This document shows, piece by piece, positions 9,675 to 22,909 of a DNA stretch of 64,000 nt (its first letter is position 1; each line of letters opens with the position of its first letter). A model generated the notes under the pieces. That model saw only the letters and a program-made list of their open reading frames with translations. It had not been told where the DNA came from and made no database searches. Where the stretch lies: NCBI GenBank assembly GCA_045803545.1, contig JBJMOW010000005.1, forward strand, positions 1 to 64,000, in the 5' to 3' direction. The DNA is from Gemmatimonadaceae bacterium. GTDB taxonomy: Bacteria; Gemmatimonadota; Gemmatimonadetes; Gemmatimonadales; Gemmatimonadaceae. The position numbers and the translations under genes are program-made.

Positions 9675-10375
9675 CGATGACGGTACTCGAGGCACACGAC
9701 GTCTACAAATCCTACATTGGCGGCGACGGCAATGTGTTGAACGTGCTGAACGGCGTGAACCTGTCAGTGTCCAAAGGAGAAATGATTGCAATCGTCGGCG
9801 CCAGCGGGGCCGGCAAGAGTACGCTCATGCATGTGATGGGAGCACTGGACAGACCTACGCGCGGCTATGTTGTAATAGGTGGTGAGCCCGTGCAGGGCAG
9901 GGATGAAAACGCGCTTGGCCAGCTGCGGAACCGCAGCGTCGGCTTCGTGTTTCAGTTTCATCATCTGCTCCGCGAGTTTTCGGCGCTCGAGAATGTGATG
10001 ATGCCGATGCGCATTGCCGGGCGGTCCGACGATGCTGCACGTGGAAGAGCAGCCGAGCTTTTGGCTCGGGTTGGACTGAGTGCCCGCATGTCGCATCGGC
10101 CGGGGGAACTGTCCGGCGGTGAGCAACAGCGCACGGCGGTGGCGCGCGCCTTGGCGATGGATCCGCAGGTGCTGTTGGCGGACGAGCCGTCGGGAAATCT
10201 CGATCGCTCGAACGCAGAAATGCTGCACGAACTTTTGCACCAGGTCGTCAATGACCTGGAGATCGGGATGGTCGTCGTAACACATAGTCGCTCACTCGCC
10301 GCGCGCGCCAACAAAGTGCTGCTGCTCGAGGGGGGTCGACTGAGTCAATCAGCGGTCGATGAGGTCGTCGTATAA
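9671..10375 (+). CDS. lolD: Lipoprotein-releasing ABC transporter ATPase LolD
   Basis: Start reassigned to ATG 9671; GASGAGKST, GFVFQFHHLL.EFSALENV, LSGGEQQR, LADEP. Confidence 0.92.
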   Translation: MTMTVLEAHDVYKSYIGGDGNVLNVLNGVNLSVSKGEMIAIVGASGAGKSTLMHVMGALDRPTRGYVVIGGEPVQGRDENALGQLRNRSVGFVFQFHHLLREFSALENVMMPMRIAGRSDDAARGRAAELLARVGLSARMSHRPGELSGGEQQRTAVARALAMDPQVLLADEPSGNLDRSNAEMLHELLHQVVNDLEIGMVVVTHSRSLAARANKVLLLEGGRLSQSAVDEVVV

Positions 10376-10861
10376 ATGGTTTGCGATCTGTGCAAAGATG
10401 GCGAGGCTGTAATCCAGCTCACGGAAATCGAGGGGAGCGGGGTGAGACAGCTGCATCTGTGCGAGAAGTGCGCTGCTGAACGCGGCGTCGAGACAACCAT
10501 CACCGCCGCGAAGCCCCAAATCAACAACTTCCTGCAAACGATCCATGAGCAGATGGCGACGCCCCGCGGCGAGGCCGTCCAATGCACGTTCTGTGGCGGT
10601 ACGCTGGCTGATTTCCGGGCCACTGGTCGTCTGGGTTGCGCCCATTGCTACGAGACCTTCGAGAACAGCTTGCGCGACCTGCTCCGCCGAGTGCACGGAA
10701 ACTCGCGCCACATCGGCCGGAGGTACGTGGCGCCACTGCCGTCCGATCTGCCACATGTTTCGACGGCCACCGAGCTGCGTGACCGCCTGAAGCTGGCGAT
10801 CGAGGCGGAGCAATTCGAGCTAGCCGCCGATCTCCGCGACAAGCTGAGAGGCCTGGAATAA
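10376..10861 (+). CDS. mcsA: McsA (CxxC motifs + UVR domain)
   Basis: CDLC, LCEKCA, CTFCG, GRLGCAHCY, C-terminal EQFELAA.LRD UVR motif; upstream of mcsB/clpC. Confidence 0.88.
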   Translation: MVCDLCKDGEAVIQLTEIEGSGVRQLHLCEKCAAERGVETTITAAKPQINNFLQTIHEQMATPRGEAVQCTFCGGTLADFRATGRLGCAHCYETFENSLRDLLRRVHGNSRHIGRRYVAPLPSDLPHVSTATELRDRLKLAIEAEQFELAADLRDKLRGLE

Positions 10862-11931
10862 TGCTGGACCTCTCGCTTCTACCTGACGGCGGCGCAAGTT
10901 GGCTTGACGCTTCTGGCGAGCACTCCGATATCGTTATCTCGACGCGTATTCGCCTGGCCAGAAATCTGGAGGGCTACGCCTTTACGCCTCGAGCGCGGGA
11001 TGGCGAGCGGCTCCGCATTCTGGCGCAGGTGAGGGAAGCCTTCGGGAGTTTGCGGACAATCGAGGATGGCGTGCTGCTGCGCGTCGACGAAATGCAGCCA
11101 GAGGATCGGCTGCTCCTCCATGAGCGCCACCTGGTGAGCAAGGAGCTCGCTGGGTTGAATGAGCAGCCGGTTCGCACCGGGGCTGCGATATATCTCTCGC
11201 GTGGCGTGGGGATCATGGTCAACGAAGAAGACCACCTGCGGTTGCAGGCGCTCCACTCGGGGTTCCATGTCGCCGATGCGTTCGGGGTTGTGGAGCGTCT
11301 GGACGCGGAGCTGGGGAACAAGATTCCGTATGCGTTTCACAACGAGTTCGGCTACCTCACGGCTTGCCCGACAAACGTGGGAACGGGTCTCAGAGCCTCC
11401 GTCCTTATCCATCTCCCGGGTCTGGTACTGACCAAAGAAATCGGGAAAGTGCTGGCAGGCCTGCAGCAGGTCGGCCTGACATATCGCGGCATGTACGGGG
11501 AGGGGAGCGAAGTAGTCGGAAATTTCTTCCAGATCTCGAATCAGACGACGCTCGGACGATCGGAAGGCGAGTTACTTGATTACCTCGTACGCGTCGTAAG
11601 ACATGTAATAGAGAGAGAAGAAGAAGCGCGGCGAGTGTTGTTGCGCGATGCGGGTTATATTATTGAAGACAAGCTCTGGCGTGCCTTTGGCACGCTGCGA
11701 TATGCACGCAGCTTGAGCTTCGATGAAGCGATGAACTATTTGAGCGGCGTGCGACTGGCTGTCGGCCTGAAACTGATAAGCGGTCTCAGTGTATATACTC
11801 TCAACAAGCTCCTGATTTTTAGTCAGTTGGCGCACCTCGGTCATACCGAGGGAAGAGCGCTGACGGAAAGCGAGGCCAGCGTTGCTCGTGCCAGATATGT
11901 GCGAGAAACTTTGGCTGTGGAGGCTGAGTAG
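10861..11931 (+). CDS. mcsB: Protein arginine kinase McsB
   Basis: STRIRLARNL, NEEDHLR, GYLTACPTNVGTGLRASV, FQISNQTTLG. Confidence 0.93.
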   Translation: MLDLSLLPDGGASWLDASGEHSDIVISTRIRLARNLEGYAFTPRARDGERLRILAQVREAFGSLRTIEDGVLLRVDEMQPEDRLLLHERHLVSKELAGLNEQPVRTGAAIYLSRGVGIMVNEEDHLRLQALHSGFHVADAFGVVERLDAELGNKIPYAFHNEFGYLTACPTNVGTGLRASVLIHLPGLVLTKEIGKVLAGLQQVGLTYRGMYGEGSEVVGNFFQISNQTTLGRSEGELLDYLVRVVRHVIEREEEARRVLLRDAGYIIEDKLWRAFGTLRYARSLSFDEAMNYLSGVRLAVGLKLISGLSVYTLNKLLIFSQLAHLGHTEGRALTESEASVARARYVRETLAVEAE

Positions 11932-12013
11932 GGGGTAGCGGGTAATCACGCGCGCCGCAGTGTCACACTGTCACGCACGCGAAGAACTAGCTCCCGCACT
12001 GAGGATTGCACAG

Positions 12014-14515
<2,502 letters not shown>

Positions 14516-14534
14516 CTGCCGAAGAGTCGCACGG

Positions 14535-14573
14535 AAAAAGGCCGCGAGAATGCAACTTTCTCGCGGCCTTTTT
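14535..14573 (+). terminator. Intrinsic terminator after clpC
   Basis: AAAAAGGCCGCGAGAA-TGCAACT-TTCTCGCGGCCTTTTT. Confidence 0.88.
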
Positions 14574-14633
14574 GTCTAATCAGAGTGCTCTGGAGATAGG
14601 ACCTGGGCTACCCTGACCGTGTATATTTGTGTG

Positions 14634-17060
14634 ATGCGGAGACTCGCTACATATAGTTCGGCGTTGCTGTGCGCCGTTGCAGCTCATCTGTCTGCCCAGG
14701 ATCAGCCTGCACAAGGCGCCTGCGCGACCCCTGAAACCATAACCGTCACTGGCGCAACGCGGAACGACACTGCGTCGGTTCGCGCCTCCTCTGGACTGAC
14801 GACTGGCCAGCAACTGGCCGTCCACGACATCCAGGCGGGAATAAAAGCCCTCTACGCTACCGGTCAGTTCGACGATGTGCAGATCATCTGCCACATCGCG
14901 CCAGCGACCGGCAAGGCGAGCCTGAATATTCAGGTCAAAGAGCGTCCGGTGCTCGCTTCCTACCACGTCATTGGTGCAGATCGCGTTTCGCCAAAGGACG
15001 TAAAAGAGAAGCTCGCCTTCGCAACCGGCAGCCCCGTTGATCCCGGCAAGATTGCCAAGGCGATCGCCACCGTCGATTCGCTCTACGAGGCGAACGGCTA
15101 CTACCTGGCGACCGTGAAGCCCGAGTCGACCATCACCAATGGCAACCTCAACATCGATTTCCGAATCGATGAAGGCAGACGCCTCGCGATTTCCGGCATC
15201 CGCATCAACGGCAATTCGCAAGTCGCAGACGAAGACATCGTCGCCGCAATGGATACCAAGCCGGAAGGATTTCTCTGGCTGAGAAATGGCGAGCTGGACG
15301 ACGCGAAGTACGCGCAGGATCTCAGTGAAAAAATTCCGCAGCTTTACGCGAGCCGCGGCTACATCGATTTTCGCATTCTCAAGGACACCCTGATCGTCGA
15401 CCGGGCGCGGGGCAAGGGGCTCGTCGACATCACCGTCAGCGAAGGTCCGCGCTACAAAGTCGGAAATTTCGAAGTACTGGGAAATCGCCGCTTCTCAACC
15501 GATCAGATCAAGGCGTTCTATCCGTTTGGCGACAACAGCCAGGCGACGGTCGTGCAGAAGGCGACCAGCGTCATCCGTCGGACTTATGTGAATCCGCCGA
15601 ACACCTTCGACGCCCAGAAATGGGACGACTCGCAGCAGAAGCTGATGGAGGCGTACAATGACGAAGGCTACATCTACGCCAGCATCCGTCCGGTCGAAGA
15701 AAGAGTGCCGAGCACGGATTCGGTGCGTACCGTCAACCTGCGCTGGGAGATCGATGAGCGGTCGCCGGCGATCGTCAATCGCATCGAGATCGCGGGGAAT
15801 GACTACACTCACGAGTCGTGTATTCGCGAGCAGATCGTACTGGCTCCGGGTCAGGTGTTCAACCGCAACTATCTGATTCGCAGCTACCAGAACATCGGCA
15901 ATCTGAACTTCTTCGAAACTCCGATGGCTGCCCCCGAGACTCGCCCCAGCGGCGATCAGGGCGACGTCGACATCGTTTTCAACGTCAAGGAAAAGAGAAC
16001 CGGCAACATCAACTTCGGCGCTTCCATGGGCCAAGGGACTGGCCTCGGCGGTTTCATTGGACTCGATCAGCCCAACCTGCTCGGACGCTGCAAACGCGCG
16101 CAGCTACAGTGGCAGTTTGGTCGCTACATCAATGATTTCAACCTGACGTACAGCGATCCCAACATCAGACAGTCGGGCATCTCCGGCAGCGTGACCGCGT
16201 ATCACAGCCGCTCGCGGTACAACATTGCCGATCTCGGCGGGATCATCAGAACCGGCGGTCAGGTCCAGCTGGGATTCCCGGTGCCGCAGTCGATCTACAC
16301 GAGACTATTCGTCTCGTATGGCGGCGAAAAGGTGAACTACACCAGCGACGGCTTCCTAAGCACGATTGCGCAGGACTGTAAGAACTGCTTCAGGTCTACT
16401 CTTGGCTTCACCGCGCAGCACGATACACGCACCGGCTTGCCATTCCCGGCCGACGGCGGTCTGCAGTCTTTCAACGCGCAGTTCAACGGCGGACCGCTGG
16501 GTGGAACGGCAGCGTTCCAGCGGTACACCACCGAGCTGCGCTCGTTTGCACCGGTCGGCCACTTCGGTGGGAGCATACTCGGCGCAGAGCCGATGATCGT
16601 GGTGGCGGGCTTGTCGGCCCGCGCCGGCGCCTTGTTCGGCAACCCAGGCCCGTTCTTCTCGACGCAGTCATTCGCGATGGGCGGCACACAGTATGGCGAA
16701 CAGTTGCGTGGCTACGACGAATTCTCGGTGACGCCCAATGGCTTTGACCCGCGCGGCTCGGACACCCAGGCGAGCAGAGCGTCATTCGGCAATGCGTTCT
16801 TCGTGGGAACCGCGGAACTCGGTTTGCGGCTGAATCAGTCGCTATACCTGAACTCGTTCTTCGAGGGCGGCAATGTCTGGAACAAGCCTCGTGAGTTCGA
16901 TCCCACCCGTTTGTTCCGGAGCGCTGGATTCGGCGTGGCGACGATAAGCCCGCTCGGACCTTTGGGAGTGGACATAGGGTATGGGTTCGACAAGATTGAC
17001 ACCCAAGGCCGCCCGGCACCGGGCTGGAAGCTCCACTTCAAACTCGGACAATTCTTCTAA
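14634..17060 (+). CDS. bamA: Outer-membrane protein assembly factor BamA
   Basis: Signal peptide from ATG 14634, POTRA repeats (IKALYATGQFDDV), LRGY loop motif, SPLGPL, C-terminal F. Confidence 0.93.
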   Translation: MRRLATYSSALLCAVAAHLSAQDQPAQGACATPETITVTGATRNDTASVRASSGLTTGQQLAVHDIQAGIKALYATGQFDDVQIICHIAPATGKASLNIQVKERPVLASYHVIGADRVSPKDVKEKLAFATGSPVDPGKIAKAIATVDSLYEANGYYLATVKPESTITNGNLNIDFRIDEGRRLAISGIRINGNSQVADEDIVAAMDTKPEGFLWLRNGELDDAKYAQDLSEKIPQLYASRGYIDFRILKDTLIVDRARGKGLVDITVSEGPRYKVGNFEVLGNRRFSTDQIKAFYPFGDNSQATVVQKATSVIRRTYVNPPNTFDAQKWDDSQQKLMEAYNDEGYIYASIRPVEERVPSTDSVRTVNLRWEIDERSPAIVNRIEIAGNDYTHESCIREQIVLAPGQVFNRNYLIRSYQNIGNLNFFETPMAAPETRPSGDQGDVDIVFNVKEKRTGNINFGASMGQGTGLGGFIGLDQPNLLGRCKRAQLQWQFGRYINDFNLTYSDPNIRQSGISGSVTAYHSRSRYNIADLGGIIRTGGQVQLGFPVPQSIYTRLFVSYGGEKVNYTSDGFLSTIAQDCKNCFRSTLGFTAQHDTRTGLPFPADGGLQSFNAQFNGGPLGGTAAFQRYTTELRSFAPVGHFGGSILGAEPMIVVAGLSARAGALFGNPGPFFSTQSFAMGGTQYGEQLRGYDEFSVTPNGFDPRGSDTQASRASFGNAFFVGTAELGLRLNQSLYLNSFFEGGNVWNKPREFDPTRLFRSAGFGVATISPLGPLGVDIGYGFDKIDTQGRPAPGWKLHFKLGQFF

Positions 17061-17074
17061 CACTGGAGTCATAA

Positions 17075-17689
17075 ATGCGAATGCTTCTGCGTGCGACCGT
17101 GATCGCACTAGCTACTTCGCTGATCTTCGCGGGAAGCTCCGCAGCGCAGGCTGCCACCGCTGCATCGGGACCGGCGCCAACCAAGATCGGCTATATCAAT
17201 TCACAGGCGATTCTGGCGCAGGCACCTGGGCGCGCCGAGGCCGAAGCCCAGTTCGACAGAGAGGTCGGTGTATACCGCCAGCAGATTCAGCGGATGGACG
17301 ATTCGTTGAAGACACTGATGGCGACCTTCGATCGTGACGCGCCGAAGCTCGATAGCGCTACTCGCGAATCGCGTCGTGCGTCGATCGGCCAGCGCGAAGC
17401 GGAGTATCAGGGTCGCGCGCGCGGTCTGGATTCGACGATGCAGGCAAGGCAGGCGCAGTTGGTCAAACCGATCATGGAGCGGGTGCAGACCGTGATTGAG
17501 ACGATCCGCGCCGAGGATGGCTATGCGGTCATTCTGGATGTCGGAGCGCAGGTGAGTTTGGTTGTCGCGGCCGACAAGCGGCTGGATCTCACCGACAGAG
17601 TACTCGCCCGGCTGAGAGCGCAGGGTCCGGCGCCGACGGCGAGCAGCACTGTTCCACAGCCCGCGGGAGTAACGCGCCCGAAGAAGTGA
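17075..17689 (+). CDS. skp: OmpH/Skp periplasmic chaperone
   Basis: Signal peptide, [25 protein letters not shown]; between bamA and lpxD. Confidence 0.9.
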   Translation: MRMLLRATVIALATSLIFAGSSAAQAATAASGPAPTKIGYINSQAILAQAPGRAEAEAQFDREVGVYRQQIQRMDDSLKTLMATFDRDAPKLDSATRESRRASIGQREAEYQGRARGLDSTMQARQAQLVKPIMERVQTVIETIRAEDGYAVILDVGAQVSLVVAADKRLDLTDRVLARLRAQGPAPTASSTVPQPAGVTRPKK

Positions 17690-18756
17690 CGGCGCGACCT
17701 GACACCCGACTTTCACTCAGCGGTGATGGTGCGCGCACCATCACCGCTGATGCTATTGCGGCACTGGTGTCAGGAGAGCTGATCGGGGATGGCAGCGTTG
17801 CAGTCAGCAGTGTAGCCCCGCTGGATCGGGCGGGCGAAAGCGACCTCAGCATGTTGAGTGTCGCCAAATATTCCCCGCTGATGGCGACAACCCGGGCCGG
17901 GATTGTCCTCGTCGATCCCGAGTTCCGCGACCTTGAGAGCAGCGCTGGTGCGCGCATCATTGTCGACAGGCCGCAGGAGAAGCTCGTCGGGCTTCTGCCA
18001 AGATTGTATCCGGAGCGAGAGGCGCAGCCGGGCGTCGCTGCGACCGCGAGAATTGGCAAGGGCGCTACGATCGGACGCCGCGCCTCCATCGGCGAATACG
18101 CAGTCATCGGGGCAGACGTGACAGTCGGCGATGGAGTGGTCGTCGGCGCGCACTCCGTTATTGGCGATGGTGTAAAGATCGGCGGCGATTCGCGACTCTG
18201 GCCGGGTGTGACTCTCTATTCGGGCACCAGTGTTGGTGAACGCGTCTTCATTCACGCCGGTGCACGAATCGGCTGCGATGGTTTCGGGTACGTCTTTCGC
18301 GACGGCGCCCACCAGAAGATTCCGCACGTCGGCAGCTGTATCATCGGCGACGACGTCGAGATCGGTGCCAACACCACGATCGATCGTGGTAGCATCGACG
18401 ACACCGTCATCGGCAACGGCACCAAGATCGACAATCTGGTTCACATCGCTCACAACGTACGCATCGGCGAGAAGTGTCTGCTGATGGCGCAAGTCGGTGT
18501 GGCCGGATCAGTGACGATCGGCGACGGGGCGATACTCGCCGGCCAGGCCGGAATCAGCGGACACCTTACCATCGGCGCTGGTGCCAAGCTCGGCGCGCAG
18601 GCTGGAGTCTTTGGCGACATACCGGCCGGCGAAACGTGGTCGGGCTATCCGGCCCGCCCGCACCGGGATTCACTTCGCGCGTCCGCGGCCCTGTTTAAAT
18701 TGGCGGGCATGATGCGCAGGCTGGAGAAACTGCTGCAAGAGCCAGAAACGAAGTGA
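17686..18756 (+). CDS. lpxD: UDP-3-O-acylglucosamine N-acyltransferase
   Basis: Hexapeptide repeats, [27 protein letters not shown]. Confidence 0.95.
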   Translation: MTARPDTRLSLSGDGARTITADAIAALVSGELIGDGSVAVSSVAPLDRAGESDLSMLSVAKYSPLMATTRAGIVLVDPEFRDLESSAGARIIVDRPQEKLVGLLPRLYPEREAQPGVAATARIGKGATIGRRASIGEYAVIGADVTVGDGVVVGAHSVIGDGVKIGGDSRLWPGVTLYSGTSVGERVFIHAGARIGCDGFGYVFRDGAHQKIPHVGSCIIGDDVEIGANTTIDRGSIDDTVIGNGTKIDNLVHIAHNVRIGEKCLLMAQVGVAGSVTIGDGAILAGQAGISGHLTIGAGAKLGAQAGVFGDIPAGETWSGYPARPHRDSLRASAALFKLAGMMRRLEKLLQEPETK

Positions 18757-20021
18757 GTCGGCGGACCCTCGCGCGCCCAGCTGTGCTGGAGGGTACAGGC
18801 CTGCACCTCGGCGTTCCTTGTCGCGTGACTTTTCAACCGGCGACCAGCAAACAGGGAATTGTCTTTCGACGCGTCGATTGTCCGGGCCAGCCACAAATTC
18901 GCGCTCATGTCAGTGAGGTGAGCGGCAGCGAACGCCGCACGCAGCTTGGCAAAGGCGATCACGCAATTCATACCGTCGAGCATGTGCTCGCGGCAGTCAG
19001 TGGCCTCAACATCGATGACGTCACCATCGACATGGATGGTCCGGAGCCTCCGATTCTGGACGGTAGCGCGGCTCCGTTCGTAGCTGCGCTCGCCGAGGCC
19101 GGGGTTGCGTCGATAGCAGGAGAGCCAGAGTTTTTGGATCTGACCGAGCCGGTGCGCATTATCGATGGCGCGTCGGTTTACGAAGCATACCCTGCGCAGC
19201 AACTCGAGCTCGATGTCACGATCGAGTTCCCGCATCCGCTGATCGGGAGGCAATCGCGTAAATTCACAGTCACCGAGAATGCGTTTGCGAGTGAGATGGC
19301 GCGCGCGAGGACGTTTGGCTTCGTGCACGAGGTTGATGCTCTTCGCGAGAAAGGTTTGATTCGCGGTGCGTCGCTGGAAAACGCGATCGTGCTCGGCGAC
19401 GATGAAATCCTGAGTGGCGATCTGCGTTGGAGTGACGAGTTCGTACGGCACAAAGCGATGGATTGCGTTGGCGATCTCGCCCTTGCAGGCGCACGAGTCA
19501 GAGCAAAGATCGTAGCGCTCAAGCCGAGTCACCGCGGCACGGTGACATTGGTGCGGGAGTTGGTGAAAGCCGGAAGAAAGGAGAAAGGGATGTACACGAT
19601 TGAAGAGATCATGAAGGTTCTGCCGCACCGGTACCCGTTTCTGCTAGTCGACCGGATTATCGAGATCGAGGAAAAGAAGCGGATTGTCGGACTCAAGAAT
19701 GTCACCATCAACGAGCCGTTCTTTCAGGGGCATTTCCCGGGACATCCCATCATGCCGGGTGTTCTTATTATCGAGGCAATGGCGCAGGTTGGCGGCATGC
19801 TGTTGCTCGGGTCAGTCGGCGATCCGGAGAAGAAAGTCGTTTACTTCATGTCTCTGGATAATGTCAAATTCCGCAGACCAGTTAAACCTGGAGACCAGTT
19901 ACGCTTCGAGCTCGACGTAACGCAACTGAGAGGAACCGTCTGTAAGATGCGCGGCGTCGGTAAGGTGGATGGCGAAGTGGTGGTCGAGGCTGACATGGCG
20001 GCGACGATCCGCGATAGATGA
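18753..20021 (+). CDS. lpxC: Bifunctional LpxC-FabZ fusion
   Basis: LpxC motifs [33 protein letters not shown] followed in frame by Fab[34 protein letters not shown]. Confidence 0.95.
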   Translation: MSRRTLARPAVLEGTGLHLGVPCRVTFQPATSKQGIVFRRVDCPGQPQIRAHVSEVSGSERRTQLGKGDHAIHTVEHVLAAVSGLNIDDVTIDMDGPEPPILDGSAAPFVAALAEAGVASIAGEPEFLDLTEPVRIIDGASVYEAYPAQQLELDVTIEFPHPLIGRQSRKFTVTENAFASEMARARTFGFVHEVDALREKGLIRGASLENAIVLGDDEILSGDLRWSDEFVRHKAMDCVGDLALAGARVRAKIVALKPSHRGTVTLVRELVKAGRKEKGMYTIEEIMKVLPHRYPFLLVDRIIEIEEKKRIVGLKNVTINEPFFQGHFPGHPIMPGVLIIEAMAQVGGMLLLGSVGDPEKKVVYFMSLDNVKFRRPVKPGDQLRFELDVTQLRGTVCKMRGVGKVDGEVVVEADMAATIRDR

Positions 20022-20797
20022 CCAAGGCGCGCATTCACTCGACGGCGATCATCTCGCCGGAGGCGGAGCTTGGATCCGACGTCGAGATCGGACCGTTCGC
20101 GATCATCGGCGAGAACTGCGTCGTCGGCGACGGATGCGTGATTTCTCCGCGCGCAACGCTCGAGCGCAACGTCACCCTCGCGGCCAACGTGAAAGTTGGA
20201 ATTGGCAGCGTTCTCGGCGGCCTGCCACAGGATCTGAAGTTCGCCGGTGAGGAAACGACGGTAGAGATTGGCGAAGGCACCGTCATTCGGGAATACACGA
20301 CCATCAACCGCGGGACTGCGCAATCGTTCAAGACGAGTGTTGGCAAGAACTGTTTGCTAATGTCTTACGTTCACCTCGGTCACGATTGCCACATCGGTAA
20401 CAACGTAATTCTGTCCAATGTGGTGCAGCTCGCGGGTCACGTGACGATCGAAGATCGCGCAATTATCTCAGGCCTCTCCGCCGCGCACCAGTTCGTGCGG
20501 ATCGGCCGACAGAGCTTTATCGGGGGCTGCTCGCGAGTGTCGAAGGACATTCCGCCGTTCCTCAAGGCCGTGGGGAATCCGGTCAAACTTTACGGGCTCA
20601 ACACCGTCGGCTTGCAGCGCGGCGGGATGGACGAAGCAACGATTCGCGAGCTCAAGCGCGCGTACCGGTTGCTGTTCCGATCCGATCTCAACATCTCACA
20701 AGCGATGGAGCAGGTGCAGAACGAGCTCGAGCCGCTGCCGGAAGTTCGTGAGCTGGTCCGGTTTGTCGAAGGCAGCGAACGTGGAGTAGTGATTTGA
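20018..20797 (+). CDS. lpxA: Acyl-ACP--UDP-N-acetylglucosamine O-acyltransferase
   Basis: PQDLKF, IREYTTINRGT, HLGHDC, LAGHV, HQFVRIG, GLN.VGL.R. Confidence 0.95.
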   Translation: MTKARIHSTAIISPEAELGSDVEIGPFAIIGENCVVGDGCVISPRATLERNVTLAANVKVGIGSVLGGLPQDLKFAGEETTVEIGEGTVIREYTTINRGTAQSFKTSVGKNCLLMSYVHLGHDCHIGNNVILSNVVQLAGHVTIEDRAIISGLSAAHQFVRIGRQSFIGGCSRVSKDIPPFLKAVGNPVKLYGLNTVGLQRGGMDEATIRELKRAYRLLFRSDLNISQAMEQVQNELEPLPEVRELVRFVEGSERGVVI

Positions 20798-21795
20798 GTC
20801 AAGCTCCGCGCATCGGAGTCGTCGGCGCGGGCAGTCTGGGATTTCATCACATACGAATCCTCCGCGACCTGCGCGGCGCCCAGTTCACCGGATTTGTCGA
20901 GAGTGATCCGGAGCGCGCTCGCGAAGTCGAGAAAGAGCTCAAGGTCCGCTCGCATGCGAATCTGGACGCGCTGCTCGCCGCGTCAGACGCAGTTATCGTC
21001 GTCGTGCCGACCTCGCAGCACTTTGCGGTTGCCGGCGCTGCCATCGAGCGTGGCAAGCATGTATTCATCGAAAAGCCGATCACTGCCACGCTCGAGGAAG
21101 CAGACGGGCTGCTCGATCTCGCGAAGAAGCGAGGAGTCATGGTTCAGATCGGGCACATCGAAAGATTCAATCGGGCTGTGCGCGCCGCGCTGCCGCATGT
21201 AAAACGTCCGCGGTTCATCGACAGCGAGCGTCTGGCGCCGTTCAGTCCACGCGGCTCGGACGTCGCTGTGGTTCTGGATCTGATGATCCACGACATTGAC
21301 CTGCTGCTGACGCTCGTCGGCGCCGATGCCCGCGAGATTTCCGCTGTGGGAGTGCCAGTGCTGACGCCCATGCTCGACATCGCCAATGCGCGGGTGACTT
21401 TCACGTCCGGCGCTGTCGCCAACATCACCTCCAGTCGCATCTCACGCGAGAAGAAGCGGAAGATTCGCATTTTCCAGGAGCGGGAATATCTGTCGCTCGA
21501 TCTGGCAAGCGGGACAGGAGAATTCTACAAACTGAAGGCGAACTTCGATCCGAAATCCATCAAGGCAGGATCAGCCGACATCGCTTCTTACGTCGAGCGT
21601 GAGAAGTTGCACGCAGCGGATGGTGAACCGCTGAAGTTGGAACAGGAAAGTTTTGTTGCCGCGCTGACTGGCAAATCGCCAGTCGTAGTTACTGGAGAAG
21701 AAGGCAGACTGGCGTTGGGTGTCGCGCTCCGCATCGTGAAGGAGATCGAGCTGACTCTGCCTTCCCTGGTGGGACACGCACACCATCATGCGTAA
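20794..21795 (+). CDS. Gfo/Idh/MocA NAD-dependent oxidoreductase, GnnA-like
   Basis: GVVGAGSLG, HVFIEKP, GHIERFN, DLMIHDID; located between lpxA and lpxB. Confidence 0.85.
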   Translation: MSQAPRIGVVGAGSLGFHHIRILRDLRGAQFTGFVESDPERAREVEKELKVRSHANLDALLAASDAVIVVVPTSQHFAVAGAAIERGKHVFIEKPITATLEEADGLLDLAKKRGVMVQIGHIERFNRAVRAALPHVKRPRFIDSERLAPFSPRGSDVAVVLDLMIHDIDLLLTLVGADAREISAVGVPVLTPMLDIANARVTFTSGAVANITSSRISREKKRKIRIFQEREYLSLDLASGTGEFYKLKANFDPKSIKAGSADIASYVEREKLHAADGEPLKLEQESFVAALTGKSPVVVTGEEGRLALGVALRIVKEIELTLPSLVGHAHHHA

Positions 21796-22909
21796 GGTTC
21801 TTTTCGTCGCCGGAGAAGCATCGGGCGATCTGCACGCCGCGGGGGTTGCCGCAGCGTTAAGGCGCATCCACCCTGAGCTCGAGCTGGCGGCCGTGGGTGG
21901 CCCCCGACTCGCGGAGCAGGGCATCGAGCTGATCCACCGCGACAACCAGCTGGGGGTGATGGGCTTCCTCGAGGTTTTGCGCCACGTGCCGCGTCATTTC
22001 CTCCTGCTGCGCACGATTCGCAAAATGCTCGATCGCGACGAGCTGGCTCTGGTCATTCTGATCGACTATCCAGGCTTCAATATGAAAGTGGCGGATGCAG
22101 CGAAGGCGGCTCGAGTCCCGGTGCTTTATTACGTGACCCCGCAGGTCTGGGCGTGGGGCGCGGGCAGGATTCCCAAGCTCGCGCAGATAATCACCAAGGC
22201 GGCGGTAATCCTCCCCTTTGAGGAGTCATTGCTGCGCGGTTACGGTATCGATGCGACCTTCGTCGGGCATCCGTTGCTGGATCGCGCGCACAACATGCCG
22301 ACTCGTCCGGAAGCGCGTGAGATTCTTGGCGTGCCGCAAAACGTACCCGTGCTGGCACTCTTCCCGGGAAGCAGGCAACAGGAAATCGATCGCCACATTG
22401 ACGCGTTCGTCGCGACTGCGAAGGAGCTGTCGGAGCGGATTCCAAATCTGGAAGTGCTGGTCAGCGTCGCACCTACGGTTGCGCTGGATACCACGCGCTG
22501 TCCGTTCCGACTGGTGCATTCTGCGTCGCTGACGGTTCTTCGCGCGGCGGATGCGGGTCTCTGCAAGAGTGGAACGACAACGCTCGAGGCGTCGATCGCC
22601 GACTGCCCCCTGATCGTTGCGTATCGGACCGGCAAGATTTCTTACGCGCTGGCGAAGCGCCTGGTGAAGGTGTCCAACATCGGCCTGGTAAACGTCGTCG
22701 CGGGTCGCGAGGTAGCCAGAGAGTTTATCCAGGACGACATCGTCCCGGAGCGGATGGCCGACGCGCTCATGCCATTGCTGGATCAACGGAGTCCCCAGCG
22801 CAAGGAAGTGCTAGCCGGTCTCGCCGAAGTGAGGTCGCGACTCGGCACGCCCGGTGCTGCGGACCGAGTTGCACGAATGGCCGGAGCGCTCGCCGACCGC
22901 CGACCGTGA
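21788..22909 (+). CDS. lpxB: Lipid-A-disaccharide synthase
   Basis: AGEASGDLHAA, IDYPGFN, PQVWAW, ILPFE, FVGHPL, FPGSR, SGTTTLE. Confidence 0.95.
   Translation: MRKVLFVAGEASGDLHAAGVAAALRRIHPELELAAVGGPRLAEQGIELIHRDNQLGVMGFLEVLRHVPRHFLLLRTIRKMLDRDELALVILIDYPGFNMKVADAAKAARVPVLYYVTPQVWAWGAGRIPKLAQIITKAAVILPFEESLLRGYGIDATFVGHPLLDRAHNMPTRPEAREILGVPQNVPVLALFPGSRQQEIDRHIDAFVATAKELSERIPNLEVLVSVAPTVALDTTRCPFRLVHSASLTVLRAADAGLCKSGTTTLEASIADCPLIVAYRTGKISYALAKRLVKVSNIGLVNVVAGREVAREFIQDDIVPERMADALMPLLDQRSPQRKEVLAGLAEVRSRLGTPGAADRVARMAGALADRRP

Noticed and set aside
18753..20021. LpxC-FabZ fusion as a novelty
   Set aside because: This fusion is already well known, for example in Bacteroidota.
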